A stretch of DNA of 64,000 bases. Source: Candidatus Delongbacteria bacterium. Lineage in GTDB: Bacteria > CAIWAD01. Location: the NCBI GenBank assembly GCA_963663545.1, contig OY760505.1, positions 1,856,001 through 1,920,000 of the forward strand, in the 5' to 3' direction. Shown one piece after another: positions 17,678 through 27,071 of the stretch; within the stretch, counting starts at the first letter, position 1, and each line of letters starts with the position of its first letter. The translations under genes and the position numbers were made by a program. The notes beneath the pieces were generated by a model. It saw only the letters and a program-made list of their open reading frames with translations. It was not told the DNA's origin and searched no databases.

Positions 17678-20440
17678 TTAGCGCACCAGTAGCAACCGCT
17701 GCACTTGAGCTTTTCCCGATTCCGGAATCATGCGTGCGAAGTAGATGCCGCTGGGCTGATCACCCGCCGTCCACCGGAGCTCGTGTTCTCCTGCTTCAAA
17801 CAGGCCTTCCGCCAACAGCGTGACATGCTGACCACGCACATTGCAAATCTCCACTCTCAGGGACTGCAGCTCTGGGACGGCCAGTTTGAGGGTTGTGCTG
17901 GGATTAAAGGGGTTCGGATAAGCCTTTTGAAGAGCAAGTGTTTGCGGCAAGGCATTGTTCGCCTCCGCTGCATCATCATGCACCTGTAACACGCCGAGGG
18001 CAACATTGTCGTCTGTATCACATTCTTCATCCTGCAGAAGAACACGACCATAGAGCGTGTATTGGCCCGCGTTTGCCGGAGCGATGAAAGCGCGATTCAA
18101 ACAGACCTCATCGCCGTCCTGCACACCGTTGAAAGACTGCACGGCAAGACGCACGCCGTTGTAGTCCCAGTGACCGAGCCATGCCTCCAGCGTGACACCA
18201 TTCAGCTGCTCGCCATCATTCACGCTCATGGCAACACAGAACTGCACGCTGTTGGATTCATGCACACCGCAACTTGTCCGGGTCGGCCAAATGGCTATTG
18301 CTGTGGCAGCATTGTGTGTTACAACAAATGTACCGTAGGAAGAGTTTTCGCTGACCGCGCCATGTTCGTCGTACACACGAAGACCGATGATTCCCTCGGC
18401 TGCCGCGTCAAAGTGCAACACGGTGTCCACACCAAAGAAATCGTCAAACAGCAGGTCACCGTCCAGATCCCATTCATAGGCGATAATGCGGTCGCCGTCC
18501 GGGTCCCAGGACATCGCACCATCGAGCACAAGATCCTCTCCCGGCTCGATGCACCAGGGTGTGTTTCGCACGGCTATCGGACTGTGATTCATGTCGACCA
18601 CAACGACCTGATGCATGTCCGTGTCCTGCATCATGGGGGCGCTATCATCGCTGACGCGCAGAGCAACGCGATACACACCAGGAAGAACGAAGCCTGGATG
18701 TATCACATTTGATTCGTCAGAATCACCGAAGCTGAGCCCGTCCGACAAGTCAAGGTCCCACTCCCAGGCGACAATGCTGCGATCCCAATTGGTGTGATAC
18801 GAACGCCCGCCGTACAGCTCAAAGCTCTCGCCAACGGCCACTGTATCTGGCCCGGCTATCATGGCTACTGGCACATCGATGCGCCCCCAGTCGCTGAGCA
18901 CGAGCACGGCAAAAGCCGTAGACAATTCTTGGCTGGTGTCTGCAAGCGGAGCACATCCATCCCAGTGCCCATCGTCACGCTGTCCCCATGTTTCGTGATA
19001 CAAGAGCTGCTGCACGAACTCTTCGTACCAGTAGCGCCAGCCGACCTGGGTCGGAATGCGCCACTGCGAACGTGCCGCCTCGGAAACCATGAGCATTTCG
19101 TAGCTGTTGCCTTCCATCAGCGAGGGCCAGCTTTCGTCGTGACCATTGGGAGATACCCAGTGCGCGCCGATCCAATCCATAGCATCACTGCTACGGTCGT
19201 AGTAGTCGCCAACCAGCGCTGTAGCACACCAACCGCCAGCAGTCGTCGCAATCGAACGCCGATCTTCCGGACCCCGATAGCCGAAGCCGCCGTCTTCGTT
19301 CTGAGAATACTCCAGCCATGCGGCCAGTTCCTCCAGCACCGCTTCTGAAAGGAAGCTACCCTGGTGTTGCTGACAAAGGTCAATAGCGCGCGCGTACCAC
19401 GGCGTAGCAATATTGTCCGCACCCACATCGGGTAGCGTCATCTGCCAACGCCAGCCACCGCGTCCCTCGCCCGCGTCAGCCTGGCAATACGCCATTAGGT
19501 CAACACAGTCCTGCAGTACTTCAGCGTGTGACACACCGGCCAAAGGCCCTCCGCCAAGAACAGCTGATGGTGTAGCACAGGTCGCCAGCGCCATTACAGC
19601 CAATGCGTTCGCCGTTCCATCATTCAAGAAAAAGCAGCCGCGGCCATTGGCGTTGTAATCCCATTCCTCGTCCAGATTCACACTGCCCATTTGCTGAGAG
19701 AGCCAGTAGAAACCGCGCCTCATGCAGTCAGCAAAAACATCTACCGCCGGGTCGTGATCTGGATGATGCCCGTTGCGCAACATGGCCAACAAAGCGGCTC
19801 CCGTAGCGCCAACAGACTCACTAGCTGTACGCCAGCTGTACCAGCCGCCGTCATAGGCCGTGATACTTGATGCATTCTGGGTGCGATACAAATAGGCCAG
19901 ACCACGTGCGTTTGCAGCGTAGGCCGCGTCTCCGTAGTTCGTCGGGTCAATGACCTGAAGCACGGTCGTGCTGCTATCGACGCGACCCATTGCATCTTCG
20001 GCGCGCAGCGTGAACTCGTACTCGCCAACCTCACGAATGCCGTGTATCACAGAAACGTAGCGCGCCTCGGCCTGCGTAGAGGCCGTTCCCGAATACTCTA
20101 CGCCATCAATAATGAGGCTCCAGTCGACGGGAAGACTCGGCGTGCGCAGCGAGCCCCAAAGTTCAACACCACCCGGTGTTACAAGCCCCCACAGGCCCTC
20201 GTCTTCAGACCAGGACGGCATTGAGTTCACCCGCAGGGTGTTGTTGCTCCCCCACCACCAGGCCGCATCGTCTTCGAGCGGTGGTCGCAGCGGTTCGCTA
20301 CTCGCGCCAGCACGCAGCGATCCCGGATCGCTATCGTAGGCGGAGTAGAGCCAGTCACCCGTGTCGGCAAACAGCAGCGGTGCCGCCGTCAGCGCTCCCA
20401 GGGCAAGTAGCGAAAGACGTCTTACGAGCTTCATAGGCAT
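17678..20440 (-). CDS. Secreted protein with prenyltransferase/squalene-cyclase-like alpha-barrel repeats, PKD domains and a YPNPFNP (T9SS/FlgD-Ig-type) C-terminal domain
   Basis: Signal peptide MKLVRRLSLLALG; GGWRWQ, QNEDGGFGY, QRDDGHW; WEWDLD/YEWDLDGD; AYPNPFNPSTT...SGIYF...RLLLVR. Start is 20440 or 20434. Confidence 0.8.
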   Translation of the reverse strand: MPMKLVRRLSLLALGALTAAPLLFADTGDWLYSAYDSDPGSLRAGASSEPLRPPLEDDAAWWWGSNNTLRVNSMPSWSEDEGLWGLVTPGGVELWGSLRTPSLPVDWSLIIDGVEYSGTASTQAEARYVSVIHGIREVGEYEFTLRAEDAMGRVDSSTTVLQVIDPTNYGDAAYAANARGLAYLYRTQNASSITAYDGGWYSWRTASESVGATGAALLAMLRNGHHPDHDPAVDVFADCMRRGFYWLSQQMGSVNLDEEWDYNANGRGCFFLNDGTANALAVMALATCATPSAVLGGGPLAGVSHAEVLQDCVDLMAYCQADAGEGRGGWRWQMTLPDVGADNIATPWYARAIDLCQQHQGSFLSEAVLEELAAWLEYSQNEDGGFGYRGPEDRRSIATTAGGWCATALVGDYYDRSSDAMDWIGAHWVSPNGHDESWPSLMEGNSYEMLMVSEAARSQWRIPTQVGWRYWYEEFVQQLLYHETWGQRDDGHWDGCAPLADTSQELSTAFAVLVLSDWGRIDVPVAMIAGPDTVAVGESFELYGGRSYHTNWDRSIVAWEWDLDLSDGLSFGDSDESNVIHPGFVLPGVYRVALRVSDDSAPMMQDTDMHQVVVVDMNHSPIAVRNTPWCIEPGEDLVLDGAMSWDPDGDRIIAYEWDLDGDLLFDDFFGVDTVLHFDAAAEGIIGLRVYDEHGAVSENSSYGTFVVTHNAATAIAIWPTRTSCGVHESNSVQFCVAMSVNDGEQLNGVTLEAWLGHWDYNGVRLAVQSFNGVQDGDEVCLNRAFIAPANAGQYTLYGRVLLQDEECDTDDNVALGVLQVHDDAAEANNALPQTLALQKAYPNPFNPSTTLKLAVPELQSLRVEICNVRGQHVTLLAEGLFEAGEHELRWTAGDQPSGIYFARMIPESGKAQVQRLLLVR

Positions 20441-20746
20441 CCCCACAAGGCAAAAGGACCGCGTTGGAAAGCGCGGCGCAACAGGTTGTTTTCGGTACAT
20501 GGCAGGATGAAGCGGCAAGGCCGGGCGACCTCGGCTTCAGGACACGGGGCACTCCGAGCAAAGCTCATGCCCGCAACAGAAGATGGCCCCAAGGATGAGT
20601 TTTGTGTGAGAAGTCGGCGCCAGGCCGCATTAATGCTGAGTGATTACTGCGTAATACACGAGTCCCAGCTTTGGGCACATGTATCACACGTGAAGATTAT
20701 TCATACGGGGTGTTTTTGGTGATATAATTTCACGCCTGGTTGAGCA

Positions 20747-20971
20747 CTATTTCTTCTTGGACGAGCGCAGCGATGAAAGCTGCGATTTGATCCAGGCGCG
20801 GTTCAGATACACATGCACACAGACCAGAGAGCTCAGCAGATAGCCGTTGCCTTCGTGCATCAGCTCAAACTGTTGATGACTGAGCGCACCGTGCCCCAGG
20901 CCGCTGCCCAACTGCAGCAAAAAGGATAGTAGCAGCAGAGAATTTGTGATACGCAACAAGGTTCTTTGCAT
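20747..20971 (-). CDS. Small membrane protein, DUF4405/cytochrome b-like with conserved His
   Basis: Two TM segments, MHEGNG and HVYLNRAWIK motifs. Confidence 0.6.
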   Translation of the reverse strand: MQRTLLRITNSLLLLSFLLQLGSGLGHGALSHQQFELMHEGNGYLLSSLVCVHVYLNRAWIKSQLSSLRSSKKK

Positions 20972-20975
20972 GGTG

Positions 20976-21587
20976 TCAGGGCTCCAGTAGGGCAACGCCA
21001 CGATCCGCGGCCTCATTCAGCTCCCGCAGACGCGCCACCCAGGTTTTGTATTCGCGCGACCAGTTGAAATCCAGCAGGGCACGGGATGCGTCGTGGCGGC
21101 CCTGTTGACGATGGAGCTCCGCCAGCAGCAGGCGTTCGTACTCTTCATCGCGGTCGAGCAGCTCCTCCAGTCGCTTCAGGTTCTCCTCTTCGCAATCCAC
21201 CAACTCCTGATCAACACCGTCGCGCATGCGGTCATTGCACCACCACCACAGCCAGGTGCGCAAGTGCACTTCACGATCACTCGGCATCTCGTTTTCGCCC
21301 AGGTAGGCGCTCACTTCATCGATGTCAGGCGTTTCCGCTGGAAGAGAATCGCTGCGTGACCACTCACCCTGATCATTGCCCACATCTTCGTAGCCCACAT
21401 CCTCGCGTTCGTCCACGTCCTCGTACCAGAGGAGTTCGCCGCAAGCTGGACACCGACAAAGCAGGAGCTGTCCTTCCGAGGAGGTCTCGTCGCCGCGACC
21501 GTCCGTCCAGCGGTAAATGTCCTGCGGGGTTTCTGCGTATTCGTGCTGGATTTCCTGTCCGCACTCGGGACAAATGCTGATGCGCAT
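20976..21587 (-). CDS. Hypothetical protein with two CxxC-type (zinc-ribbon-like) motifs
   Basis: CPECG, WTDG, CPACG; GGAGG RBS. Confidence 0.65.
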   Translation of the reverse strand: MRISICPECGQEIQHEYAETPQDIYRWTDGRGDETSSEGQLLLCRCPACGELLWYEDVDEREDVGYEDVGNDQGEWSRSDSLPAETPDIDEVSAYLGENEMPSDREVHLRTWLWWWCNDRMRDGVDQELVDCEEENLKRLEELLDRDEEYERLLLAELHRQQGRHDASRALLDFNWSREYKTWVARLRELNEAADRGVALLEP

Positions 21588-21702
21588 TGGTACCTCCTGC
21601 TTGCTTCATCTTCGCAGACTCAAGTCCGCTCTCGCATACTATCGGCCAAGACAGGGGGAAGTTTTGCTCGAGATCAGATCTACTTGGCGTTTTGAAAATG
21701 GG

Positions 21703-22131
21703 CTAGCCGGGGAACTCGACCACGACCGGTTGCATGCCCTGCTGAGGATCATGCAGCTCCACGCGCGTTGGCCGAATCTCGACAACCGTGTATTCCGGAT
21801 CTTGCGGGCTCTCAAAATAGGCCTGAAAACCAGGTTGCCAGAACTCGTCCAGCGTTTCCCGGTCGGTGTGAACCCGCGCCTGCCCTTCAATCTGGAAATA
21901 CTTGGCAGGTGACTCAAGACAGCCGCCGCCACTAATGTGCACACAGGGCTGATGGCCGATGTGTTCCACTTTGCGACTGGACCGGGTAGTGGCAAAACGT
22001 AGCACCAGTCCCTCGTCCACTCGAAAAAGGATACTGCGCACCCACGGGCGCCCCTCTGCATCAACCGTAGCCAAATTGCCGACAAAGGAATGGCTCAACG
22101 CCTGGCGCGCCTGCTCCCGAATGTCACTCAT
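21703..22131 (-). CDS. Pyridoxamine 5'-phosphate oxidase-like (general stress protein 26) FMN-binding protein
   Basis: LATVDAEGRPWVR, SRKVEHI, YFESPQDPEY. Confidence 0.85.
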   Translation of the reverse strand: MSDIREQARQALSHSFVGNLATVDAEGRPWVRSILFRVDEGLVLRFATTRSSRKVEHIGHQPCVHISGGGCLESPAKYFQIEGQARVHTDRETLDEFWQPGFQAYFESPQDPEYTVVEIRPTRVELHDPQQGMQPVVVEFPG

Positions 22132-22218
22132 GGACCCTCCTGGTTCCCCTTGACTGGTGATGCCAAGAGCATGCTACCTCTTGTCCGGCAGAGCAAGAAG
22201 AATTCGCCGAGGTGGGAA

Positions 22219-22788
22219 TCAGTCGCCCCTCTCCTCATCCTTTTCAGGGTCTCTGGGTAGCTCGAAAGAACCCGGTGTCACGGATTCCAGGGCCGGCTCC
22301 TGGTCAAGCGGCTTGGCCTTGTACCCACGCAGCATGACCTTGGTGCTGTGTCGATTAAGCAGCCACACGCACAGAGCGGTGATGGCAAGATTCAGCAGCA
22401 GGCCCAACCAGTTGAAGCCAGGGGTCTCCTGGGCGGCGTTCGCCGCCATTTTCTCGCCAAGGCCCTTATTGATAAAGGGCGAGATGAGGTTCATCAGCAC
22501 GTTGTAGGCCGCGTATGCGTTGAAGGCCAGACGACCGAAATTGCGCCCCATTAGTAGTGGAATACCCGCAACAAGGCCAAAGACCCCGCCAAAGACAGAA
22601 GAGTATAGGCTGTACGCGGGAAGATCGTCGGCGGTCATGTTCATGGTTTGCAGGGCCGAGGCTGTTTCCTGCGGCATGTAGTTCACCATCAGAATCATCA
22701 TGCCACTCATTACAAGGCTGATGAGCGAAATCACAAGCAGTAAAAGACCAATGACCAATGCCGAAGTAGGCGTTTGATGTTTTGGCAT
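22219..22788 (-). CDS. Hypothetical integral membrane protein
   Basis: Four hydrophobic segments; GAGGAGG RBS before ATG at 22788. Confidence 0.65.
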   Translation of the reverse strand: MPKHQTPTSALVIGLLLLVISLISLVMSGMMILMVNYMPQETASALQTMNMTADDLPAYSLYSSVFGGVFGLVAGIPLLMGRNFGRLAFNAYAAYNVLMNLISPFINKGLGEKMAANAAQETPGFNWLGLLLNLAITALCVWLLNRHSTKVMLRGYKAKPLDQEPALESVTPGSFELPRDPEKDEERGD

Positions 22789-22831
22789 TCCATCCTCCTC
22801 AACCGTCTTGATACCGGAGAAACACCGTGTG

Positions 22832-23800
22832 TCACTCCTTGTGTGTTCCATCCATCAGCAGCGAGGTCCGCAGCTCGCACAAGCGCTGTCGCAGCTGATC
22901 TCGTAGATTTTCAGGTGATACAAGCTGGCATTCGTGTGCATAAGGCAACAGCAGATTCAGCAACCAGGCGGGGTTTTCCAGCACGGGCGTCCATTGCAGG
23001 CCGCCTTCAACCGGGACACACTCCGACCAGGCTTCTTCTTTCGCCAGCCGTTCCAGAAAGCCACGCAGGATTACGCAGGCGCGAAGCTCTGTGCCAGCGT
23101 CCCCCTCGGGGAAATCACGCGCCCTGACCGGCTGTGTTACAACATCATTCAGTAGACGGGCTTGTATTACGCGATCCAAACGAAAGGTGCGCTCGGCGGC
23201 GCGGGTTCGGTCCCACGCAAAGAGATAGCTGAATTGACGGTCGTGATACAACTCCCAGCATTCGACAACTCGCAAATCCGTCTTATCACGCCCGCGACTG
23301 TAATAGACAAGCTCAAGACAGCGTTTCTGGCGTAGCGCCTCACCGATCATTTCGGGCAGCTTTGCATCAATCGAAGGACGCGGTGATACGGCAATGCGCT
23401 CCTGCAATCGCTGCACGCCCTCCTCGTCTTCCGCTTGTTCTGCGTACATCAGCTCCAGCAGATGCTCCACCCGTTTCGCTTCGGGCATCTCGCCGCGCAC
23501 GCGCAGAAACTCGTAGCCCAGACGCAGCGCAAGCTGCTCTTCGGCGGTAAAACGCACTACGCTGCCTGGCATGGCACCGGTGTGAACGTGCAGACGCTCG
23601 TCCTCAATCCAAGCATCAATCAGATCACCGGCGGACCAGTCCGCGTAGCGCGCCGCAGTCAGCAGTTCCAGAAAGCGCTGCAGTTCGCGACGGCTTACCT
23701 CTAGGTCTGCGCAAACATCGTCAACCCGTTGCCCGTCCCGTTTTTGCAGCGCGGGCAGAAGCTCCAACAGGCGATGCAGGGTGTTAGGTGCAGGAGGCAT
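22832..23800 (-). CDS. WYL-domain transcriptional regulator, PafC-like
   Basis: N-terminal wHTH (RLLELLPAL...CADLEVSRREL), YYSRGRD..RVVE, YLFAWD...RTFRLDRV, WCX tail SPENLRDQL. Confidence 0.85.
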   Translation of the reverse strand: MPPAPNTLHRLLELLPALQKRDGQRVDDVCADLEVSRRELQRFLELLTAARYADWSAGDLIDAWIEDERLHVHTGAMPGSVVRFTAEEQLALRLGYEFLRVRGEMPEAKRVEHLLELMYAEQAEDEEGVQRLQERIAVSPRPSIDAKLPEMIGEALRQKRCLELVYYSRGRDKTDLRVVECWELYHDRQFSYLFAWDRTRAAERTFRLDRVIQARLLNDVVTQPVRARDFPEGDAGTELRACVILRGFLERLAKEEAWSECVPVEGGLQWTPVLENPAWLLNLLLPYAHECQLVSPENLRDQLRQRLCELRTSLLMDGTHKE

Positions 23801-24767
23801 GATCCCCCTCCTCGTGCTGCACAAGGGCAACCTGCAGACGACGTTCAAGCTCTATGCGCAACTCCGTGTCCAGCTCCAGCACACGCACGTGCGAGCCCCA
23901 GTCCAGCAGCATCTCACAGAAAGTGCCTGGCATGTCCGTATGGACGCGCGCCCACAACTTTTCGCCACGCCACTCACGCTCGCTGTCGCGGGCAAGCCGC
24001 CTTTCGGCCAGGGCAGCAATGGTGGCATCAAAAAGCAGACTGGCGTGATACTTTCCGCCACGTGTAGGCCGTGATTCAAATCGCAATTCCGCGAGCGATC
24101 CGGCCTTTCCCGGTTTGAAATGCCCGGCCAGCAACTCAAGCTTGTCTACCCGGTCCAGCCGGAACTCGCGCACGTCCCGGCGCAGCTCGCACCATGCCGC
24201 CAGATACCAGTACTCACCGCGTGATACAAGTCCATGCGGATGGATCACGCGCGACGTCTTCTCGCCACTCCAGGGGCTCCAGTGAGTAAGCCGCAGCTTG
24301 CGCGACTCGCGAATAGCCAGGGCAATCTGCTCCAGAAAGGCAGATCCCGCCATTCGGGGCGTATCACTGCGAACGCCACCCTCCTTCAGACAAGCCTGTA
24401 GTTTCGCCATTGCAGAACGCGCCGCTTCCTGTAGAGGAAAGTTCTCACGCTGGCGGAGCGCGTCACACAAGCGTTGTAACACGACAAGGTCATCGTCCTC
24501 CAGATGCAAGGGCGGTGCAAACACCGATTGCCTCTGTATCACGTAGACGTGCTCATAGTTGCCGTCTTCGGATGTGCCTTCAATGCGACGAAGTTCCACG
24601 TGCACGCCCATGCCAGCCAGAAAAGCGACATCGCGCTGCAGCATCTTGCGACCCGCATCGCCGGATCTGTAGCCCTCCACCGCGTTGATGATTTGCTGCC
24701 GCGTTCTGCCAAAGCGGTGGCCCAGCAGAAAGGCAATTAGAGAGAGTTGACGTTCTTCCGCTCGCAT
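23784..24767 (-). CDS. WYL-domain transcriptional regulator, PafB-like
   Basis: RAEERQLSLIAFLL, VEGY...RKMLQRD, RVIHPHGLV, WYLAAWCELRRDVREFRLDRV. Confidence 0.88.
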   Translation of the reverse strand: MRAEERQLSLIAFLLGHRFGRTRQQIINAVEGYRSGDAGRKMLQRDVAFLAGMGVHVELRRIEGTSEDGNYEHVYVIQRQSVFAPPLHLEDDDLVVLQRLCDALRQRENFPLQEAARSAMAKLQACLKEGGVRSDTPRMAGSAFLEQIALAIRESRKLRLTHWSPWSGEKTSRVIHPHGLVSRGEYWYLAAWCELRRDVREFRLDRVDKLELLAGHFKPGKAGSLAELRFESRPTRGGKYHASLLFDATIAALAERRLARDSEREWRGEKLWARVHTDMPGTFCEMLLDWGSHVRVLELDTELRIELERRLQVALVQHEEGDHASCT

Positions 24768-24809
24768 GGGCTAAAAGTGGTATAGACGGGGCACCTGCGT
24801 CAACGGCAA

Positions 24810-24965
24810 TCAACTGAAGAGACCTCGCGTGCGACGCAGATAAAAGAAGATCGCCATCAGCTGCTTCTTGGGCATGCGCGTAAAGCGCTCCTCTTCGTCG
24901 CGGTAGACGCTGCTCAGGCTCTGCACCAGTTCACGCTTCGTCTGGGGTATCCAAAGGCTCTGCAT
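24810..24965 (-). CDS. Small hypothetical protein (51 aa)
   Basis: AGGAGG RBS before ATG at 24965; MQSLWIPQTKRELV... Confidence 0.5.
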   Translation of the reverse strand: MQSLWIPQTKRELVQSLSSVYRDEEERFTRMPKKQLMAIFFYLRRTRGLFS

Positions 24966-25015
24966 CTTTCTGTCCTCCTTGTTTTCAGCCATAGGATAAA
25001 GGGGGGGTGGGACAG

Positions 25016-25038
25016 AAAAGGGGCCCCGCAAGGCCCCA
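25016..25038 (-). terminator. Probable terminator after trxA
   Basis: GGGGCC-TTGCGG-GGCCCC followed by TTTT on the minus strand. Confidence 0.6.
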
Positions 25039-25061
25039 GAGAAATCAAGCTGTCGATGGCG

Positions 25062-25376
25062 CTATTTGTGGCGACCGATCATAGCCTTGATGCTGGTCTC
25101 GTCGGTCAAGCCCACGAGCTGATCCACGGCCTGGCCGTTCTTGAAGAGGATCATGGTGGGAATGCCGCGAATGTTGAAGCGGCCAGCGAGCTGCGGGCTT
25201 TCGTCCACATTGACCTTGGCAATGCGCGCACCCAACTCGGCATCGGCGGCGACCTTCTCCAGCACCGGCGCCAGCATGCGGCAGGGACCGCACCATTCGG
25301 CCCAGAAGTCCACCAGCGTCAGACCCTGACCGATCTCAGTATCAAAATTCGTCGCGGCGAGCTTTAGAATAGACAT
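25062..25376 (-). CDS. trxA: Thioredoxin
   Basis: LVDFWAEWCGPC, IRGIPTMILFKNG. Confidence 0.95.
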   Translation of the reverse strand: MSILKLAATNFDTEIGQGLTLVDFWAEWCGPCRMLAPVLEKVAADAELGARIAKVNVDESPQLAGRFNIRGIPTMILFKNGQAVDQLVGLTDETSIKAMIGRHK

Positions 25377-25414
25377 CTCACGTCTCCTTGAAATGTTTGT
25401 TGTTTCGCACTCCA

Positions 25415-26083
25415 CTACTCCTGGCAGTCGCGATCGCGCTCATTGGCGTCCGGATCGACCAGAGGCAAAATGGCCTCCAGCGCCGCCCTGTAGTGCTCCA
25501 GGCCGTCCAGCGCCTTGCGATGCTGGTCGGCAGGAATTCGTGAAAGAAGAAGGGTGGTGAACTCGCGGCTGCGCGCTTCCTGCTCACGCACCTTTTCGCT
25601 TCCCTTTTCGGTGATACGAATCAGGATCACACGCCGGTCATCGGGCGAGGGCGCACGATGAATCATGCCCTTGCCACGGCCACCACGGGCGCTGCGCTCG
25701 TCGGCCAATGTATCACCGATGCGCGTCATGCGACTGCAGGCCACACCGATCATGCCCGCCAGCGCCTTCATGGAAAGGTCACGCGGCAGTTCTTCTAATT
25801 GCGCCTCCGTCAGCTCGCCATGCTCATATTCAGAGCGCAGTGTGCGCGGAACGTAGAGCTCCACTTCGTGCTCCGTCAGCTCCTGACGCCGGATTCGCTC
25901 GCGCAACTCGGGCTTGCTGCAGCGAAAATCCTCCAGCAGGCGCAGTGTCTGGCACTCCATGCGACCCAGGCCGCTGCAGCGCTGGCGCAGAAAATTGGAG
26001 CGATCCGTCAGCAGGCTGAGCTGCTCCACCAAAGACATGAACTGGGTGAGCAGTTCGGGATGAATGTTGGTGTTGGTAGTCAT
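25415..26083 (-). CDS. MarR-family regulator with internal insertions
   Basis: LSMKALAGMIGVACSRMTRI...RAPSPDDRRVILIRITEKG. Confidence 0.8.
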   Translation of the reverse strand: MTTNTNIHPELLTQFMSLVEQLSLLTDRSNFLRQRCSGLGRMECQTLRLLEDFRCSKPELRERIRRQELTEHEVELYVPRTLRSEYEHGELTEAQLEELPRDLSMKALAGMIGVACSRMTRIGDTLADERSARGGRGKGMIHRAPSPDDRRVILIRITEKGSEKVREQEARSREFTTLLLSRIPADQHRKALDGLEHYRAALEAILPLVDPDANERDRDCQE

Positions 26084-26129
26084 GGCGCTCAATTTATTTC
26101 ATGCTCCAAATAATCGCAACCTTGAAATA

Positions 26130-26486
26130 CTAAGCCTTATCAAATGTTCCCTGCTCGGGCACCTGGTCTTCCACCCAGTCCAGGTACTCGTCGCTGCAGT
26201 GCGGATCAAGCACAATGAACTCGGGCAACTCGTAGGGATGCAGCTCCTCCAGCCGCTGGCGCAGGTCTAACACGGCTGCACTTCGCGTCTTGATCAACAA
26301 CTGCAGCTCCCGCTCTTCTTCCATTTTGCCGCGCCATGCATAAACAGAGAGCAATCCAGGTATCACACTCACACACGCGGCGAAGCCCTCGTCCACCAGT
26401 GAGCGCGCTAGCGCGAGCGCGTCCGCCTCTTTCTGCACCGTTGTGAGCACCAGGCTCATGCCTTTCGATAAAGCTGGTCTTTTCAT
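26130..26486 (-). CDS. cutA: Divalent-cation tolerance protein CutA
   Basis: AACVSVIPG..SVYAWRG, LLIKT, HPYELPE, YLDWV. Confidence 0.92.
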   Translation of the reverse strand: MKRPALSKGMSLVLTTVQKEADALALARSLVDEGFAACVSVIPGLLSVYAWRGKMEEERELQLLIKTRSAAVLDLRQRLEELHPYELPEFIVLDPHCSDEYLDWVEDQVPEQGTFDKA

Positions 26487-26594
26487 GACCTCCCCTTTGA
26501 ATTGAATGCTGAGAAGCCCTTTCCTACTTTCACCATGTCGTCTCGGGATGCGGCATCCGGGCGACGACCAAGGGAAGACAATTCCGGAGTCCCC

Positions 26595-27059
26595 ATGAAG
26601 CTATCCGACATGCTTGACCCGCAGCACGTCATTGCACACGGCCAGGCGGAAAACCGCGAAGCGGCCATTAAGCAACTGCTGGAGCGCCTGATTGCTTCAG
26701 GCAGCCTGCCCAACGACAACCAGGCGCTGAAGCTGATACTGGAGCGCGAACGGGACTACCCAACCGGAATTGGCGGCGGCGTTGCCATTCCCCACACCAA
26801 TTGCGTCAACATCGACGAGCCACTGGTGGCGATGGGCACCTTTGATCCGCCGGTGGATTTCGGCGCCGAAGACGGTCCCGCCTGGCTGGTCTTTCTGCTG
26901 CTGGGCAGCCTTTCCATTTCCAGCTCGCACCTCAAGCTGCTGGCACGCATTTCGCGCCTGAGCCGTCACGGTCTGGCGGGTCGCATGCAGCGCCTCGATC
27001 AGGTGGACGCTCTACTGGCTGCGGTTCGCGCCGAGGAAGAGGACTTCCTGGATCTCTAG
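26595..27059 (+). CDS. PTS EIIA (Ntr/Fru-type) domain protein
   Basis: ERERDYPTGIGGGVAIPH, VDFGAEDG, HLKLLARISRL. Confidence 0.9.
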   Translation: MKLSDMLDPQHVIAHGQAENREAAIKQLLERLIASGSLPNDNQALKLILERERDYPTGIGGGVAIPHTNCVNIDEPLVAMGTFDPPVDFGAEDGPAWLVFLLLGSLSISSSHLKLLARISRLSRHGLAGRMQRLDQVDALLAAVRAEEEDFLDL

Positions 27060-27071
27060 GCAGCAGACAAC

